Part shown: piece by piece, positions 62,732 through 64,000 of the stretch
Layout of the letters: each line of letters starts with the position of its first letter
Numbering within the stretch: the first letter of the stretch is position 1
Assembly: GCF_963921235.1 (NCBI RefSeq)
Contig: NC_086097.1
Location: 239,880,001 to 239,944,000 of the forward strand
DNA length: 64,000 nt
Origin: Mobula hypostoma
Taxonomy: Eukaryota
Direction of reading: 5' to 3'
Position numbers and translations under genes: made by a program
Notes under the pieces: model-generated
The model's input: the letters and a program-made list of their open reading frames with translations, nothing else
Told to the model about the DNA's origin: nothing
Databases searched by the model: none

Positions 62732-64000
62732 ACGAACTGCTAGGGAAGGACAGGTCTGCCAAAGTTCAGGAAGGGCTCAAGAGGTTTATCTCGGCCGGAT
62801 TGGTGTCGGTGAAGGAGGGGTTAAAACCAGTTCCAGCGCGGATCTGGAGAGACACGGGAGCGTGTCAGTCACTGATACTGTATTAGAGTTTAGCTCAGAG
62901 ACCCAGACTGGGGAGGTCAAGTTCAAAGGTATTGGGGAAGGGACAGAGTCAGTCCCTTTGCACCAGATACACTTACATAGCAACCTGGTCTCTGGACTAG
63001 TCACGATCGGGGTGAGGTCTGAATTACCGATGAAAGGCGTGGAAGTCTTGCTCGGTAATGACCTAGCCGGGGGAATCGTGTTCAAAGCAGTGAGATTGAC
63101 AGGTCAGCCTGCCAGCAGTGAGGCCCCGCCCATGGACTCACAGGTTCATCACGGGACTGCGGTAGTAAATTTAGCTGAGACGTTTCTGCCAGCCTTGTAC
63201 GAGAAGGGGGTAGAAAGTGAAAAGAAGGAGTGTAGTGAGACAAGAGGTAGTGAGGGAGCTGAGACAGACTTAGCATTAGCCAGGAAAGAAATTGTGCAGG
63301 CACAGGAGCGAGACGAGGGGCTGATGGTTTTGGCAGAGACAGCTCTCTCTGACACAGACTTAACAAGGGAACTAGTAGGCTATTGTGTGGAGGAGGAAGT
63401 GCTAAGGAAGAGAGGGAAACCAAGTGCCGTGCCCGCAGATGAGGAATGGGGGGTGGTGCAAAAGAGTTATGGGGATGAGGTTTTTAACCTGACCCACAAG
63501 GTACCCCCCGGTGGACATTTTGTGGTGCTGGAGAAAACAGTTGGTGGAGTCATGAAAGAGGTTTACTGGCTGCACCGGAGGAAGGATGTTATTGATGATG
63601 ACCGACGCAAACTGAGACGGTCACAGGCTTTTGATATGCTAACAAACCTAGTCGGTGTTAGCGCGGAAATCAATGAAGCTAGGGTCCCCCCGTTAAGAGA
63701 AAAAAACCATTTTGAAAAGATGAGTATGGTATCGACCAGATGGGAGAAGGCTATTGTTTTGGCCAGGTCTGCTGATAAGGTCTCTCCCTTAATCCCTGAA
63801 CAAAGCGACTCTTTAGGAGTAATTAAACGACTCGCACCCGTGTGTTTGATTGTCCCGAGGCGATGCAAATAACTGGGATGTTGGGTGGTGCTTGTTACAC
63901 TAGGCCAGCATAGCGAGCAACAACCTTATAGAATGAGTAATTCAGTGACTAAAGGGCTGACGAACACAGAGGTGTGTATTGGCAATGTAATATGGCTGTC
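62732..64000 (+). pseudogene. pol: Degenerate pol: aspartic protease followed by integrase remnants; runs off the window
   Basis: RIWRDTGACQSL, VEVLLGNDLAGG, AQERD and HKVPPGGHF; QQPYRM at about 63920. Confidence 0.7.

Overview
Eukaryotic, vertebrate-type DNA that is almost entirely transposable-element derived. The repeat spectrum (HE1/V-SINE-like SINEs, CR1, Rex1/Babar, RTE, Penelope-like elements) suggests a cartilaginous fish, probably a ray; this is an inference. I could not support any host protein-coding exon, so this is intergenic DNA or a large intron. Contents: many CR1 and Rex1/Babar LINE fragments, a near-full-length L1 (25214-37856), several RTE elements and bipartite non-autonomous RTE derivatives, Penelope-like fragments carrying decayed minimal hammerhead ribozymes, Tc1, pogo (Passer-like) and hAT DNA transposon derivatives, three solo LTRs, and the 5' part of a Gmr1-like Gypsy element (60532 to window end). 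Most notable: two independent RTE insertions with twin-priming-type 5' inversions and intact TSDs, a four-level nest (CR1 > L1 > RTE > CR1), a diverged tandem duplicate of the ORF1 C-terminus inside the L1, and recurrent hammerhead-bearing PLE hairpins. Family names come from motif recognition, not database searches. Boundaries without a stated TSD or TIR are approximate.
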